Origin: Balamuthia mandrillaris
Taxonomy: Eukaryota
DNA length: 64,000 bases
Direction: 5' to 3'
Assembly (NCBI GenBank): GCA_031835245.2
Contig: JAVKOQ020000076.1
Location: 124,001-188,000, forward strand
The translations under genes were made by a program, and so were the position numbers. Below the pieces are notes generated by a model that had not been told where the DNA came from, did not search any database, and saw only the letters and a list, made by a program, of their open reading frames with translations. Below, piece after piece: positions 25,329-39,389 of this stretch; positions within the stretch are counted from its first letter, which is position 1; the number at the start of each line of letters is the position of its first letter.

Positions 25329-26329
25329 TCAGCTTGAAGCAGAGGAACCGAATAATAGAGACTCATCAAACAACATTCCAAGCAACCCGCCTTTCTCGTT
25401 TTGGAGCAACAACAGCTGCGCCATCAACAGAGCGACGATCAGCACTGCTATGGCCACCCCCACTTTCGACCACCATCCTTTTCCTCTGCCCTTCCTCGTA
25501 CTTTCTTCTCCTCTTGCTTCTGTTTCTGTTTCCATTTCCTCCACTTCAGAAATCTTTCGTTTTGCCTCTTCCTCTTCTTCTGCTTCTCCTTCTTCTTTAT
25601 AATCTTTGTCTCCCTCTTCTTCTTCGTAGTTCTCTTCCTCCTCTTCCTCTTCCTCGTGTTGTTGGTGAGAGCGGTGTTGGCTGAAGCGGTCGAGCTCCTC
25701 GAATTTTTGGGAGAGCGGTTGCAAGAGTTTGATCTTGGGGGGCATCGTGAAGGAGAAGGGCTGCGTCTTTTTTTCTTCAAAGCCTAGTCGCTCCATCAGT
25801 TCCACCTTTGGTTGTTTTTTTTAAATGTTAAGATCAGTAACAAATATTAAAAAGAAAAAGAAAAAGAAAAAGAAAAAGAAAAAGAAAAAGAAAAAGAAAA
25901 AGAATAAAGAATAAAGAATAAGAATAAGAAAAAGAAAAAGAAAAAGAAAAAGAATAAAGAAAAAAGAAAAAATCATAATTATAATAATAATAATCTCATC
26001 TTTACATTTTTCTTTGTTTTTTTGCCGTTTAATAAAGCAAAAGAGGAAAGGAAAGAAAGAAAAGGAGATAATAAAGAAAAAAAAACGAAAACAATAGAAA
26101 CAAAACAGACAAAAACAATAAGAGATTGAGACAAAGAAGCGACAATAAGAGATGCTCTGAATAAAACCATTCGCTCTTTACGTTCAAGGCCCCACTCCAA
26201 CGGCAGATCAAAGGCCTTGTTTTCAGCACCGCGCGGCAGCCTCGTGGCCACGAACGCCCGCAGCCATTGGAGGTCCTCCGGGAAGGCCGCTTGATGTTGG
26301 TACAGCTCGTACACTGTCATGCCCTTCAT
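25329..26329 (-). CDS. Hypothetical protein with acidic linker and C-terminal TM helix (tail-anchored-like), two exons
   Basis: Exon 1 MKGMTVYELYQHQAAFPEDLQWLRAFV..., exon 2 ELMERLGF...GWWSKVGVAIAVLIVALLMAQLLLLQ; A-rich (minus-strand T-rich) intron between. Confidence 0.55.
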
Positions 26330-27780
26330 CTCTTGTGTTTTTTTTTTGGTTTCTAAAATTTTAGCAACTGAAAAAAAGGAAATCATAATTAGCCGTTACG
26401 AAAATGCCGTTAAATTTAGAAATTTCAATTTTTCACGAATTTTCAGCTGCGGAATTTAATGTTGACGACATGACCAAAATTTTAAGCAACCTCTTAGTAT
26501 CACATCCTAATAGGAATTTTATTTTAAGTTTCTCCTCTGAGTTCAATGCCGACATGCACTACCCTTTCGCCGTGGATGAGGACTCTATCTGGGAGGAGGT
26601 TATGGACAGGTGCTTGCAAGGAACGAGAGGGGAGGGCGCTCGCGGGCGGAGGAGAAAGCCAAGCGGGAAGCGGAGAGGGCGGAGATTCCTGCGGTGAAGG
26701 AAAAGAGGAAGGCGTTCATGAAGCAGGCCAAGGAGAAGAAAAGGCAACAGAAGAAGGCGGAGAAGTTGGCAAAGAAAGGAAAGTAAGAGAAGAGTATGTT
26801 TGAAAGCTCTGCCGGTGGGATTATTACGCTATACAATCCACAAAAACAAAACATTCTCATTGTTCCTTGATTGTTATCTTTAGCGTTCCCAGTTCTACTG
26901 TACTATAGTTTTTCTTATACACCATTTGTAAGTGAAGAAAGGGCATTTAACTGACATCAAAATACCTTTGATGGTCGCCTCTATACAGAGTAACCTTTTT
27001 TTCTTTTTCTTGTTCATTTCTTTTCCTCGTCTTGTCGTTTTCTCGAGGCTTTCTTGAAGCTTCCTGTCTATTCTACCATCCTTTCTTTCGCGGTATTGCT
27101 TGGTTCGTTTTTAAAACCCATATTTAATTCAATAAAAGGGAAGCCGTTCTAGAGCTGGCGTCTCTCAATGCCTCTAAACCGTCAACCCTTATGCACTAGC
27201 ACGCAGATAAAATCAAATACAGAACAGACATATCATCGTCATTTATCCTGACACCAACGCCTCAAAGGTTTTGGCGCTAGCCATGAGGTTTGGCCGGACG
27301 GTAGCTGGCTTCTTCATCGGCGGTCTCATCCTCGATAGTACATTTCGGCGCTGTAGGTCTTGGTGGCTGCGCGCCTAGCTCCAAGGCAGATGACACATCC
27401 TTTGCTCACCGAGGAAGCTTCCATTTGGGAGCACCTCCAGATCAGTTCATCGAAGGAACAAAAGCGAAAGCAAGTCGGCGAAGGCAAAGCAAGAGAAGAA
27501 GGCATCCAAGGAGGAAGCAAAAGGAAGAAAGCTGCAAGAGGGACATTTTGACATATAACCGATGGAAATGTATACCAGTAAACGACCACAATTTGAGATG
27601 CCGAGGTGCACAAGTACAATACCAAATCGAACCTAATATTTAAGAACACAACAAAAATTACAATTCATCCTAATATGTAAATTTTCATTGATGTCGACGG
27701 GAAGGAGGTCAAAACCATCACAAAAGCTGCAATTTTGGTGAACAGATACCACAACAAAAAAAAGAGAGAGAAAGGGAGAA

Positions 27781-28377
27781 ATGGAGGCACCGAAGAAGCC
27801 AACGACGAGGCAGTCCACAAAGAAAGGCTTGAGCCGTCTTCAGAAGAAGATGGAGGAGGGAAACTTTTATGAAGCCCAACAACTCGTTAAGCTTTTACTT
27901 CACAGGTTTTGTTGATTGTTTTGAAAGAATTCATTCATTCATTCATTCATTCATTCATTCATTTTTTGTGTTTTGGTCTTTTTTTTTTCGATGCAGATTT
28001 TCTTCACAAAAGAACCTGAGTGAGGCTGAAAACATTTTGCTCTCTGGCATGGACTCTATGCTCGCCCACCAGCAGTACAGGAATGCGTCAGAGCTGGGAC
28101 TGCTCCTCGTGAAGCTCTACTCGGAGAACCATGTGGCTTTGGCGGAGGAAAAGAAGGCCCTTTTGCTCGCGCAGTACGAAAAGTACCCTCCTGAGGTGGA
28201 CGAGGGCAAAGTGGAGTTCCTCAAAGCGGCCATCAAGTAACTCTCTCTTTCTCTCTTTCTCTCTCGCTCTTTTGTACCTCTTCTGCTGCTTCCCTTTGTG
28301 TTTGTTATTCGTATTCGTTCTTCTCTCTTCTTCTATCTTTTTCCTTTTGTTGTTACTGTAATACATTCGCGTCTCTT

Positions 28378-28420
<43 letters not shown>

Positions 28421-29144
28421 TTCTCTCTCTTTCTCCCTCCACGTTCTTCGTTACTTTGCTCATTCTTTTTCTGTTACTTCTCCTTGTCCCTGCCTTGCGT
28501 TGTAGGTACTCCACCAAAGCAGAGAGCAACAGCAACACGCCTAATGGCGAGCCTCGCTTCCACAACGCGCTGGCCTCCTACTTCCTCAATATCACAAAGG
28601 ACTGGGGTCAAGCCCAACGCCACTTTGTGCGCAGCGGCAATCCACAGGGCTTCACGGAGATGCTGCTAGCAGCGGCAGAAGAGGGCGGCAACTTAGAAGT
28701 CGAGGACGACCTCTTCCTCGCTCGCGCCGTTCTTCAGTACCTCTGCCTCTCCAACTGGAAGGACGCCATCACTCTTTTTCAGCTCTATTGCGCAAGCCAT
28801 CCGGCGGCCGCTACCTCGCCGCTCTCCAACTTTATTCGCTTTCTTCTCGCCACTGTACAGCATAGAACGGCGGGAACGACCTTTCAAACGCTGCGCACCA
28901 AATATAAGCCCTCCATTCAAAGAGATCCTACTTTTGAACAGGTTTGGTTTCTTCTTTGTAAAAACCTTTATTCTTTTGATGCGTCAATAACGTTATTGTA
29001 ACAAACAAACAGTATTTGGACAGAATAGGAGAAATCTTCTTTGGAATCAAGCCACAAACGCAAGCCGGCGGATTGGGAGGTCTGTTGAATGGATTCCTTC
29101 AGGCCTTCCTGTCTCCTGAAGAAAACGAAGGTTCCTCTTCTTAG
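27781..29144 (+). CDS. GET4: GET4/TRC35 tail-anchored protein targeting factor, four exons
   Basis: EGNFYEAQQL, FLKAAIK, GEPRFH, AQRHF, DLFLARAVLQYLCL, PLSNFIRFLL, Y.PSIQRDP, YLDRIGEIFFG..GGLGGLL. Confidence 0.9.
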
Positions 29145-29241
29145 TTGGCTACAATCCTCTCCTCTGAATAAAAAAAACAGCATATCTCAACAGGACCATT
29201 CTTCTGCCGCTTCCGCTGCTTCATCCTCTTCTCTTTTCTTT

Positions 29242-29282
<41 letters not shown>

Positions 29283-29442
29283 TAATCTCTTGTGCCCATA
29301 GACCTTTCGGGAGAAGTTAACGACGAAGCAAAACCTCGACGAAGCAATCCGATCCTTTTATGGAGATTAGATGACTGTGGTTGCTTTTTAACATTTTAGG
29401 AAGCCTCGGAGAGTGGGTTCGTCCCTTCGAAGAAGAAAGAAG

Positions 29443-31779
29443 ATGGCGGTGGCCACTCGACTTCGGCCACTGGCGGTGCTCCTGGGTTTGTGCCTCTTCC
29501 TGTTGGTGTCCGTTGCTTGGGCTGACCTCAAAGGTAGGTTCTTGTTGGGCATCGCTAGGTTTGTTGAAGGTCTGCCAACGCATCTTCTTATCTGTTGTTT
29601 GTTTCAACAGCAAGAAAACTCGTTTCAACTGAAGAGTTGGAAGAGAGGGCTACAAAGATGAATCTCGTGACGGTCGTTCGTGTTGCAGATGAGGTCAATG
29701 CTCGAGAACTTGCAGAAAGGCACGGTTATGTGCACGTTGGAGAGGCACACCCGAAGCTTCGAGGCTACCACGTCTTCGAACGACGTGATTCTTGGCACCC
29801 TGATTTGTACTTACTTCATGCTCTCCTTTGATTGAAACCTCCTTCGTTCACATGTTATCGTTTCTATTCTTATTTGTTCTTCGAACTTTTCCCTTCATAT
29901 ATGTGAAAGACATCGGCCTCTAGAGGAAGCAGACGAAATTCTTTGGTCACAGGAGCAAAGACCGAAACCAATCCACCTTCGAGCTTTTCCAACGGACCCT
30001 CTTTTCTTCGAGCAGTGGTATCTCCATAGCAGCCAGCTCGACCTCAATGTAATGCCTGCTTGGGACAAAGGATATACTGGAAGAGGTCCTTTCTCCTTTC
30101 CTCATTCGCCTTGCTGCCGCTTTCTGACTTTACACAATTACCATATTGCCTTAAAAACAAAAGGAGTCAACATTGCAATTGTCGATAATGGAGTGAATTA
30201 CAACCATCCTGACTTGTTAGATAACTACAAGTTGGAGGGCAGCTGGGACTTTGTAGGCAGCGATCACGATTCCACTCCTGGTCCAAGTGACGATGAGCAC
30301 GGCACTGCTTCTGCTGGTATTTTCTCGGCTCTTCCTTTCTTTGTTGTCCTTTCTTTCTTTCTCGCATACCAACAACAACAAACAGGAATAGCATTAGCAA
30401 AAAAGAATAACAACATCTGCGGAGTGGGTGTAGCGCCTCAAGCCGGCCTCTCTGCCATCAGGCTCATCAGCGACAAGGGCAATGTGGACCACATTGAGGC
30501 CCAAGCTCTTGGCTATCGCTGCACTCCTGACGACGACTCTCCTTTCGGCTTCATGAACCACATCTTTTCGGCGAGCTGGGGTCCTCCTGACGATGGCCTC
30601 ACTGTCTTTGGAGCGGATCGTCTCTTAAGAGAGGCCATGAAACATTGCTTGGAGCACGGCAGGCATGGCAAAGGGAGCATCTACCTCTGGTCTGCTGGTA
30701 ACGGCCGCGCCGTTCGTGACAACGCCAACTACGATGGCTATGCCAACCTGAGAGAGACCATCGCCATTGGAGCGGTCGATTATTTGGGTTATCAGGCGGA
30801 GTACAGCGAGAGTTGCGCCTGCCTGATGGCGGTAGCGCCGTCTAGTGGGAGGGATAAGATGGTAGCCACGGACAGTTTGACCTCTTGCACGAGAGTGTTT
30901 GGCGGAACATCTGCTGTTAGGTTTGTTCTCCTGTTTGTTTATTTTTCATCGTGTTGTTATCTTCATCTCATAAACTTCAAAACAAAAAGTCCAATGGCTG
31001 CAGGAGTGATAGCGTTGGTATTGGAAGCCAACCCCTATCTCTACTGGCGCGACGTGCAGCAGCTCATCGTGCAAACATCCACCAGCGAGGGTCTTGATAA
31101 ACGCCAATGGCAAACCAACGGAGCGGGCTACCGGTTTCACCACGGCTTTGGCTTTGGGTTGTTGAACGCGGAGGCCATGGTCAACGCCGCCAAGGACTTC
31201 ACTTCTCTCTCTCCTGCTATAATGGTGTGGCATAGGGATCAGGAGCCTATTCCCATCAACAAGAATGCGCTCTCCATAAGGAAGTATACTCTTACTAGAG
31301 CGGAGTTGACCAAACAGGCCGGAAATGGAGGTAACATTCCTTCGTCATTTGTCTTTTCACTCTGGCTCCGTCTCCCGTCTTGCTTCTCTCTTTTTCCACC
31401 TTCGTTTTAATCTTTGTGTTATCTATCTTAATCGTTTCTTCTCTGTCTCACCTAAATTAAAAAAACAGGTCGTTTTGTCACGGAGCATGTTATAGTGAAT
31501 GTGGCTGGAAAGTATCCAGGTGGCTTTGGGGGTCTCAAACTTACGCTCATCTCACCCCACGGTACTCGTTCCTTCTTGGCCGAACCTCATCAAGACGTCG
31601 GCAACGTGGACCTCAGTTGGGACTTTATGACAGTGGCCAACTGGGGCGAGGACCCTGTGGGCGATTGGACTTTAGAAGTATCTTACTTGAGTTATGGAAG
31701 GAGAGAGCCTGCTCCACCTTACATTAGGGCATGGGAGCTCGATATTTATGGTCATATGGTTGATTCTCATGTTCATTGA
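29443..31779 (+). CDS. Kexin/furin-like proprotein convertase (S8B) with signal peptide, prodomain and P domain
   Basis: DPLF.EQWYL, IVDNG (Asp), HGT (His), ASWGPPDDG, SAGNG (oxyanion Asn), GGTSAVSP (Ser, split by an intron), WRDVQ, HGFGFG, P-domain W.FMTV.NWGEDP.G.W.L. Confidence 0.92.
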
Positions 31780-31841
31780 GTACTACAGAAAAACAAAAAC
31801 AGGTTTGTTAACACTTTTTTTTGTTATGTTTTTGCTTTGTT

Positions 31842-33333
31842 TCATGGAGTGATGTTATTGTTCTCTTGCTGTTCGGTTTCGTGTTCGATGACCACCAAGG
31901 CTTCTTGTTGAGCGTTGTTCGCTTCTTCTCTTTCTTCGACCACACTTATTACCTCTTCCACTTGGTGTTGCGCCTCAACCTCCTTCTCTACCTCCTTTCG
32001 TTCTTCCACTCCTATTTCTTTCTTCACTTCTTGGGCTTCTGTTACTTCCTTCACTTCTTCCTTCGCCACAGCCGCTTCCGCTTCTTTCGCTTCCTCCTCC
32101 TGCTCTCTCAATTCGACTTCTTCGTTCTTCTCCACCAACACCATCTCCATTGCTTCTCTCTGCTGTTGTTGTGATTCACTCTCAACAATTTTCTCTTCTT
32201 CTTTGCGTTGGTGCTCTTGTTGCTCATTCTCTTGACGTTGCTGATAAGCTTCGAATTGTTGCTGGTGCTTTTCAGCTGTTCGGATCTTCAACCTTTCTTC
32301 TCTCGATAATCCAGCCATCGTATTCGCTCTCATCACAGGAGGCATCTTCGCTTCTTCCTTCGCAGCTTCTCCTTCTTCACCCTCTTCAGAACCAGACCCC
32401 TCCTTCACACTAACACTCTTCTTTGCTTGAACCAACTCTTCCAAAGACTTTAGTCCTTTAGTCAAACTTGGCTTGGGCTTTCTCTGTTTGATGCTCTTCC
32501 CAAAGGGGTCCACCTCCTCCACCTCCAGGCTGCTATCTCCCTCTTCCTTGGTAGCCGTTCTCACTTGCTTCCTGCGCTCTCTTTCTCTCTCCAGTTGTTG
32601 AAGTGCCTCTTCCTTTCTTTGCTGCTCAGCGTCTTGAACGGCCTTCTCCTCGGCTTGAATCTGCTCTTGCGCCTGGCGAGCCTTTTCTAGGTCAAACTCT
32701 TTCATCTTTTGTCTCCTTTCTTTGATTCTCTCCTGCGTTTCTTTGCGCTGCTTCTCCTTGATCTGCTGCTTTTTGATCTCTTTCATCTCTTCTGGTGTGA
32801 AGTTCATTTGACGCAACTTTTGCTCCTCTTCCAGTTTTTGTTGCTGCTCCTTCTCTTCTCTCTCTAACCGTTCGCGACGCTCCTGTTCCTGTTTTAGCAA
32901 CATCTCCTCCAGACTTTTCTGCTTCTCCTTTTTCTCAGCCTCGCGGCGAGCTCTTCTCTCCTCCGCTCGTTGCTTCTTTTCAAGACGCGCGGCTTCTATT
33001 TCTTCGCTGCTGAGTTGGGACTGGTCGTTGCTTCTTTCTCTTTGGATCTGTCTGTCCTTTTGCCAGAGCTCAGAAACTAGCTCCGCTGACAGCTCCTCTT
33101 CTGTATGCTTGTAGCTACAACAAAGCACATGTTAAACGGGGAAGAGAATAGCTGCGAAACGGCGAGTATACGCACCCTGCATTGCGAACACCATTGACAT
33201 AGTGGGGTTGCTGCGGATCCGCTGCAGCAGCCTCCTCTCCGCGAATGCGTCTCCTTTCTGCTGGCCCGCCTTGTGCACAGACCACGAGCACCGCGAGTAC
33301 CACCACGACGACAAGCCCTGTTCTTCCGGTCAT
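31842..33333 (-). CDS. Signal-peptide-bearing E/K/Q/R-rich coiled-coil protein of unknown function
   Basis: MTGRTGLVVVVVLAVLVVCAQG signal peptide, short intron, then a ~420 aa charged helical exon. Confidence 0.65.
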
Positions 33334-33693
33334 TTCACGTGTCCGTATGCTGCTCTCTCTCTCTCCACGGAGGTATTGAGTGAAAGTTGATAGCTGTGTT
33401 GCTGTTATGTTTTGCTCCACAGTTTTAACATAGGCATAGGTTTTCTCTCCCCAAGAGACACTTACCTAAACAGAGCATGCCTCGTCATCTGATGCCACGT
33501 CACAAACGTGAAATTTCAAATGACATCCCGTTTGTTTTCACGAATCAGGAACAAGAGAAATAGAAAACTCCGAAATGCCGAAACTTTTTCCGTGAACTAG
33601 ACAAAAAAAAAGGAAAAGTTGACACCGTTCCCCCTTTAAATTGGCGTTGTCTTCACCTCTTCCCTTTTTTTTTTTCACCGTTCGATTTTGTGA

Positions 33694-34641
<948 letters not shown>

Positions 34642-34762
34642 ATAACTCAACAATAATACGCCTTAGGCTTGCACTCTAATTTTTTGTATCATCTCTCTTC
34701 TCTCTCTCTCTGGGTTGCGTGAATGAAGGAAGAAAAGCGTATATTTGGCAGAGGGGGGTTAG

Positions 34763-35983
34763 TTATGTGTCCCATTTGCTTCTGCGTTTGGTGTTGTGCG
34801 TTGTGTTGTTGCCGGAGGAAAGGAGAGCAGAGGAGGAAAATGGGAGCTGTTTGTTATGAACGACGTGGACAACCTTTGGCCGCACAGGTGGTGCTGCTGC
34901 CGTGGCGGCAGGAGGGGCGGATGAACCCATGCCAAAGTGTGTGGTTCCTGCCGATTGAAACTCTACCGTTGTTCTTTCTGCAACCGCTGCTGCAGCTGGT
35001 TTGTTGGCTGTCACTGTTGTTTTTGTGAATGGAAAGAGAAACGACATTAGAAAATGGTTATGAAGCAAAGAGAGAGGTGCAGAAGAAGAAGAAGAAGAAG
35101 AAGAAGAAGAAGAAGAAGAAGAACAAGAAGAAGAAGAAGAAGAAGAAGAAGAAAAGGAAGAAGAACAAGAAGAAGAAGAAAAGAAGAAGAAGAAGAAGAA
35201 GAAGAAGAAGAAGAAGAAACAAAGAAGAAGAAGAAGAAGAAGAAGAAAAGAACAAGAAAACAAGGACAAGCAGAACAAGAAGAAAACAAACATTCTTTGA
35301 GGAAAGCTTTCTGTTCGGTGCGTATCCAATGAGGGTCGAACAGGTGCTTGGGGTAGTTGGAGGCGCTCTCATCGATGTTGCAGTGCTGCACCAACCAGTT
35401 GAGCAGGTAAGGGTTCTTAAAATCCTTGGCATGCCTTATCTTGCTGTTGATGGTGCTTCCTCCTCCTCTTCCTGTCGCCCGTTTTCTTGCCACAAACTTG
35501 TGAAGGTCTGATATCCGTTTCTTTGTTGTTGTTGTCAGATGGATGAAGAAAGAAGAAAGAAAGAAACAAAACAGTAACACAAGCAAAGACAATTAAAAAA
35601 AAACCTGAAGTCTTTCATCGCAAGGACTGGCCGGGAGAGGCAGGCCAAGCTCATCGGTTTCCTCGCCAGTGTGGGTGCTTCCGTTTGTCTCTTCCGTTGG
35701 ATGCTCTTGCGGGTGTCCTTCTTCTTCTTCTCCTTGTTCCTCTACCTCCTGCTCCTCTATTCTTGGCTTCTTTGTTCGCCTTTTTGTGATGCAACCAAGT
35801 TTTTGGCCTGCTGATGAGAAAAAATAATAATAATAAAAAAAAGACGTACCGTTCTTGTGGCTCGCATTCTGTTTCAACCTTGATCACCTCCTCCTCTTGT
35901 TTGTGTGGTTGCTCCTCTTCCTCCTCCTCTTCCTCCACTTCATAGTCCACCAACGAAAACACTTGGTCGCTCTCTTCTTCCAT
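34763..35983 (-). CDS. SAP30BP: SAP30-binding protein (HCNGP domain), multi-exon
   Basis: N-terminal SLVDY; INSKIRHAKDFKNPYLLNWLVQHCNIDESASNYPKHLFDPH; C-terminal RRSKWD. Confidence 0.8.
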
Positions 35984-36090
35984 CTTTTTCTCTTCTCGTT
36001 TCTCCTTCTTTCAAGACGACACGATGATCATTGCGATCGATCTTCGAGGTGAATACATCATGACGACACGAAAATAAATCGCTATATTGA

Positions 36091-37214
36091 TCACAAACGA
36101 GCAATGCCACCAGCACCATGAGGAGGCGGAGGAGGAGCCTGCACGGATCCGATGCGAGTGATAGAAGCGGGAGGAGCTCCCTCGTAGCAGATCTTGTAGA
36201 CGGCAGTAAACAATGGAAACCTACGAATAAGAAGAAGTCAAACCAAAGATAAGAACGAAAGAGAAGAACGAAAGGAGAAAAGATGAAAACAAGCTAACCT
36301 GTCTGTGAGACCACGTTTGTGAAGCACCTCATAAACTTCTGCAGCGGTCAAAGTGCCTTGCAGCTTTTGTCCATTCAGCAACTCTTTCTCCAGTTGTTCA
36401 ATGGACTAACAGGAAAAAGGAATACGTTAAGCGGAAGAAAAAAAAAAAAAGAGCGTTAGCAAAAGAGACACAACAACGGTTAGATACGAGAGCAGAAATG
36501 CTAACCTTGTTTGCAGTAACAAACGCTTCAGCAACTTTTCGGTTTCTGCCACTGAAACACGTAACAATAAGATCTGCAACACCGCAACTATTTTCGTTGT
36601 TCAAAATGAGAAAAGCAGAGAAGAGCAGAGACGAAGACGAAAAAAAAAGACCTTTCAAAGAATGTTGCATCCTTGACAGAAGGAAAGAAGTACTGCGAGA
36701 ACTTTTTCATCTCTTCCAGCCCAATCCTCATAACGGCAGCCTTGGTGTTGGCTCCATACTTTAGTCCATCCACAAAACCAGCCGCCACCGCCACAATGTT
36801 CTTCAACGCCCCGCAGAGCTCCACTCCTTCCACATCCTCCACAATGTTGACAGAGAAAAACTCTGGAATGTTAAACAGAAGATGCCATGTTTTGGTTGTT
36901 GCTGTCGCTGCTTTTTCACATGTTGAAGAAGCAGAAGAAGAACAAGAAGATGATGAAGCAAAAGAAGAAGAGTAACCGATGGTGGCCTCGCTGAAAGGGC
37001 CAGCGGCAACCAGATTGGCGATGTTGGCTCCGGAGAGGACGCAGACATCGCTCACGCCCAGCTCTTTGCGGATCAAGTGAGAGAAGAGGATGGGAGAGGA
37101 GGTGGAGGCGTCGATGGACATGCCTTTGAGGAGATGGATGACTCTTGCGTTGGGTTGAATGCGGCCTTTGAGGCGTTTGACGAGCCCTTCTGCAAACTTT
37201 GGAGCAGAGAGAGA

Positions 37215-37253
<39 letters not shown>

Positions 37254-37842
37254 GTAGGACAACAAAAACAAGAAGAAGAAGAAGAAGAAGAACAAGAAGA
37301 AGAAGAAGAAGAAAAAGAATAAGAACCAGACCGCGAAGAAAGCGGAGAGCAGAGAAGGCAAGATAGCGAAAAGAGAGAGTGCACGGTTACTTGATGAGGC
37401 AGACATATGACCAAGAGGGTGGCATCTTTCACGGCTTCATACTCGCTGGTGACAGCACGTATGTTGGCCGGCAGTGTTATGCCCGGAAGGTATCTGTTGT
37501 TGTTTGTTTACGTCGACGGATTAACTAACTAACAACAGCGAAGAGTGAGAGAGAGGGTGAAGAAGAACACATACTTGACATTCTCATGGGTGGTGTTGAT
37601 GAGCTCACTGAGCTTCTGGCCGTTGACCATCTCCTCATAGACCCACATCGGAACGACCTCTTCAAACACATCGTTGTGTCGCTGCGTGTTTCGACCGATG
37701 ACGCAAGATATCGCGGAGGCCCTGTTGTTTTTTTTTGATTGTTTGGTTAAAAGAAAAGAGGTAAGAAAGAGAACGAAGGGGCAAAGGATGTGCACCAGTT
37801 GCCGGAGCCAAGAATGGCGACTCGCTCTTTACTCCGGTTCAT
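36091..37842 (-). CDS. GPD1: NAD-dependent glycerol-3-phosphate dehydrogenase, multi-exon
   Basis: [87 protein letters not shown]. Confidence 0.95.
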
Positions 37843-38183
37843 GTTTCGCGTCTTTTATTCTTCTTTCTTTTTTCGTTTTTGTTGTGAGGCGGTTTTAAGG
37901 ACCCTCCTGAAATATGTTACACATTGTGGCCGAGCAAAATCCGTCCCGTACTATCTCGTGTGATTTCTTCGAAAATACCCCAGACATTGTGGGTGGGGAC
38001 GAAAGCCGTGTTGGTTTTCCGAGTGGAAAGAAAGCAGCAGAAATGCTGTTCAAATGTTGCAATTTTTGACGTCAAAAGATAAACCAGAATGGCTCGTGAG
38101 ATAACACCATTGAAGAATGCGAATGGCAAGGCAGCCCTTCTTCTCCATCTTCTTCTGTTGGTGCCTTCTTCTATATACATACA

Positions 38184-39138
38184 CTAAGCCCTCAGCCTGC
38201 TTTTGTACGCAGCAATCATCTCATCCCTTGCTCGGTTGGCCTCCGCCTCCCCTTCGATCACCTGCCCGTGGGCCATGATCACCCTTTGCAGGTTCCCCCA
38301 CTCCTGCCTTGCCCGCTCCAAGCTGCCCACCATCTCCTTGGGCCTCTTCACCACCAACCGGCTGGCAATGACCTTGGAGGGCACCAAGCGGTGCTCGCAC
38401 GTGTGGCCCCTCCCCACCCCCATGGCCCACACGTACAGGTACGCCAGCGGGGACTCGGCAAAGGACACGCCATCCTCCGCGAGAGGCTCCCCTCGAGGGA
38501 TGTTGAACGCCAGGTCGGTGAGCACCATGGTCCCGGAGGCAGGGTGGAAGAAGAGGAGCTCATCCAGCATGGGCATGCCCTGGATGGGAATGAACTGAAG
38601 GCGAGGTCTAGCCAAGGGAGCGGCAGAGGTGCCAAAGTGGAGGGAAGCAAAGGCAGCGTGTTCCTCCGGAGGGCCCTCAAAGTAGATGAGGTGGTGGTAG
38701 TGAGCCAACCTTTCTTTGTCCTGTTTGTTGTTTTCAGAGTTGCAAGTCAGTTTTTTGGGGGTGTGTGGTGTGTGTGGAGTGGAAGGAGACTGGAGACTTC
38801 ATCTCTCTCCTGGTTAAAACCTTTTTTTCCCTGAGACCTGCAGGAGCGTAGAACTTTGCCTCAGGAAAGGCCTCTTGGAAGCCTGCAGCAAAGAGGTGAT
38901 GCGCCTTGTTGGGAGAGATGACGTGCTTCACGGCTTTCTTCCCGCCCAGCTCCTCCAGGTCCTCCCTGAGGCCTGGGGTGAGTTCGATGGGGGAGATGAC
39001 CGCCAGCTCCGGCTCAGCAGCCTCTGGGCTTGACAGCGAAAGAACGGTCATCCTTGTGCGAAGGCTGGCGCCAGGCACGTAGCGCATGACCTTCTCTGCC
39101 ACCCATACCTGTGGATGCAAACGACGAAGAGACTTCAT
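38184..39138 (-). CDS. DUF4336 (metallo-beta-lactamase-like) protein, two exons
   Basis: RMTVL.L, VISPIEL, VKHVISPNKAHHLF..F.EAFPEA, ELLFFHPASGTMVLTDL.FN, RVIMAHG. Confidence 0.8.
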
Positions 39139-39140
39139 AG

Positions 39141-39178
<38 letters not shown>

Positions 39179-39389
39179 GGTGTGAGTTTACATATATATG
39201 AGTGGACCAATTAAAATTCAAAAAGAAAATAGATTATAATCGGACCAATCAAAATTCAAACTACAAATAGCGAAAATCATCCAAATTTCCATCTGCAATC
39301 GTCGAGTTTTGAGGTTTTTATCATGACGACATGAACGTATCACCTTACCAGGTCCACGAAAAATAACCAAGCAAGAAGGGAAGAAAGAG

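Noticed and set aside
33555..33600. Heat-shock-element-like GAA/TTC units upstream of polyubiquitin
   Set aside because: They do not form a clean run of three alternating nGAAn units; indistinguishable from chance.
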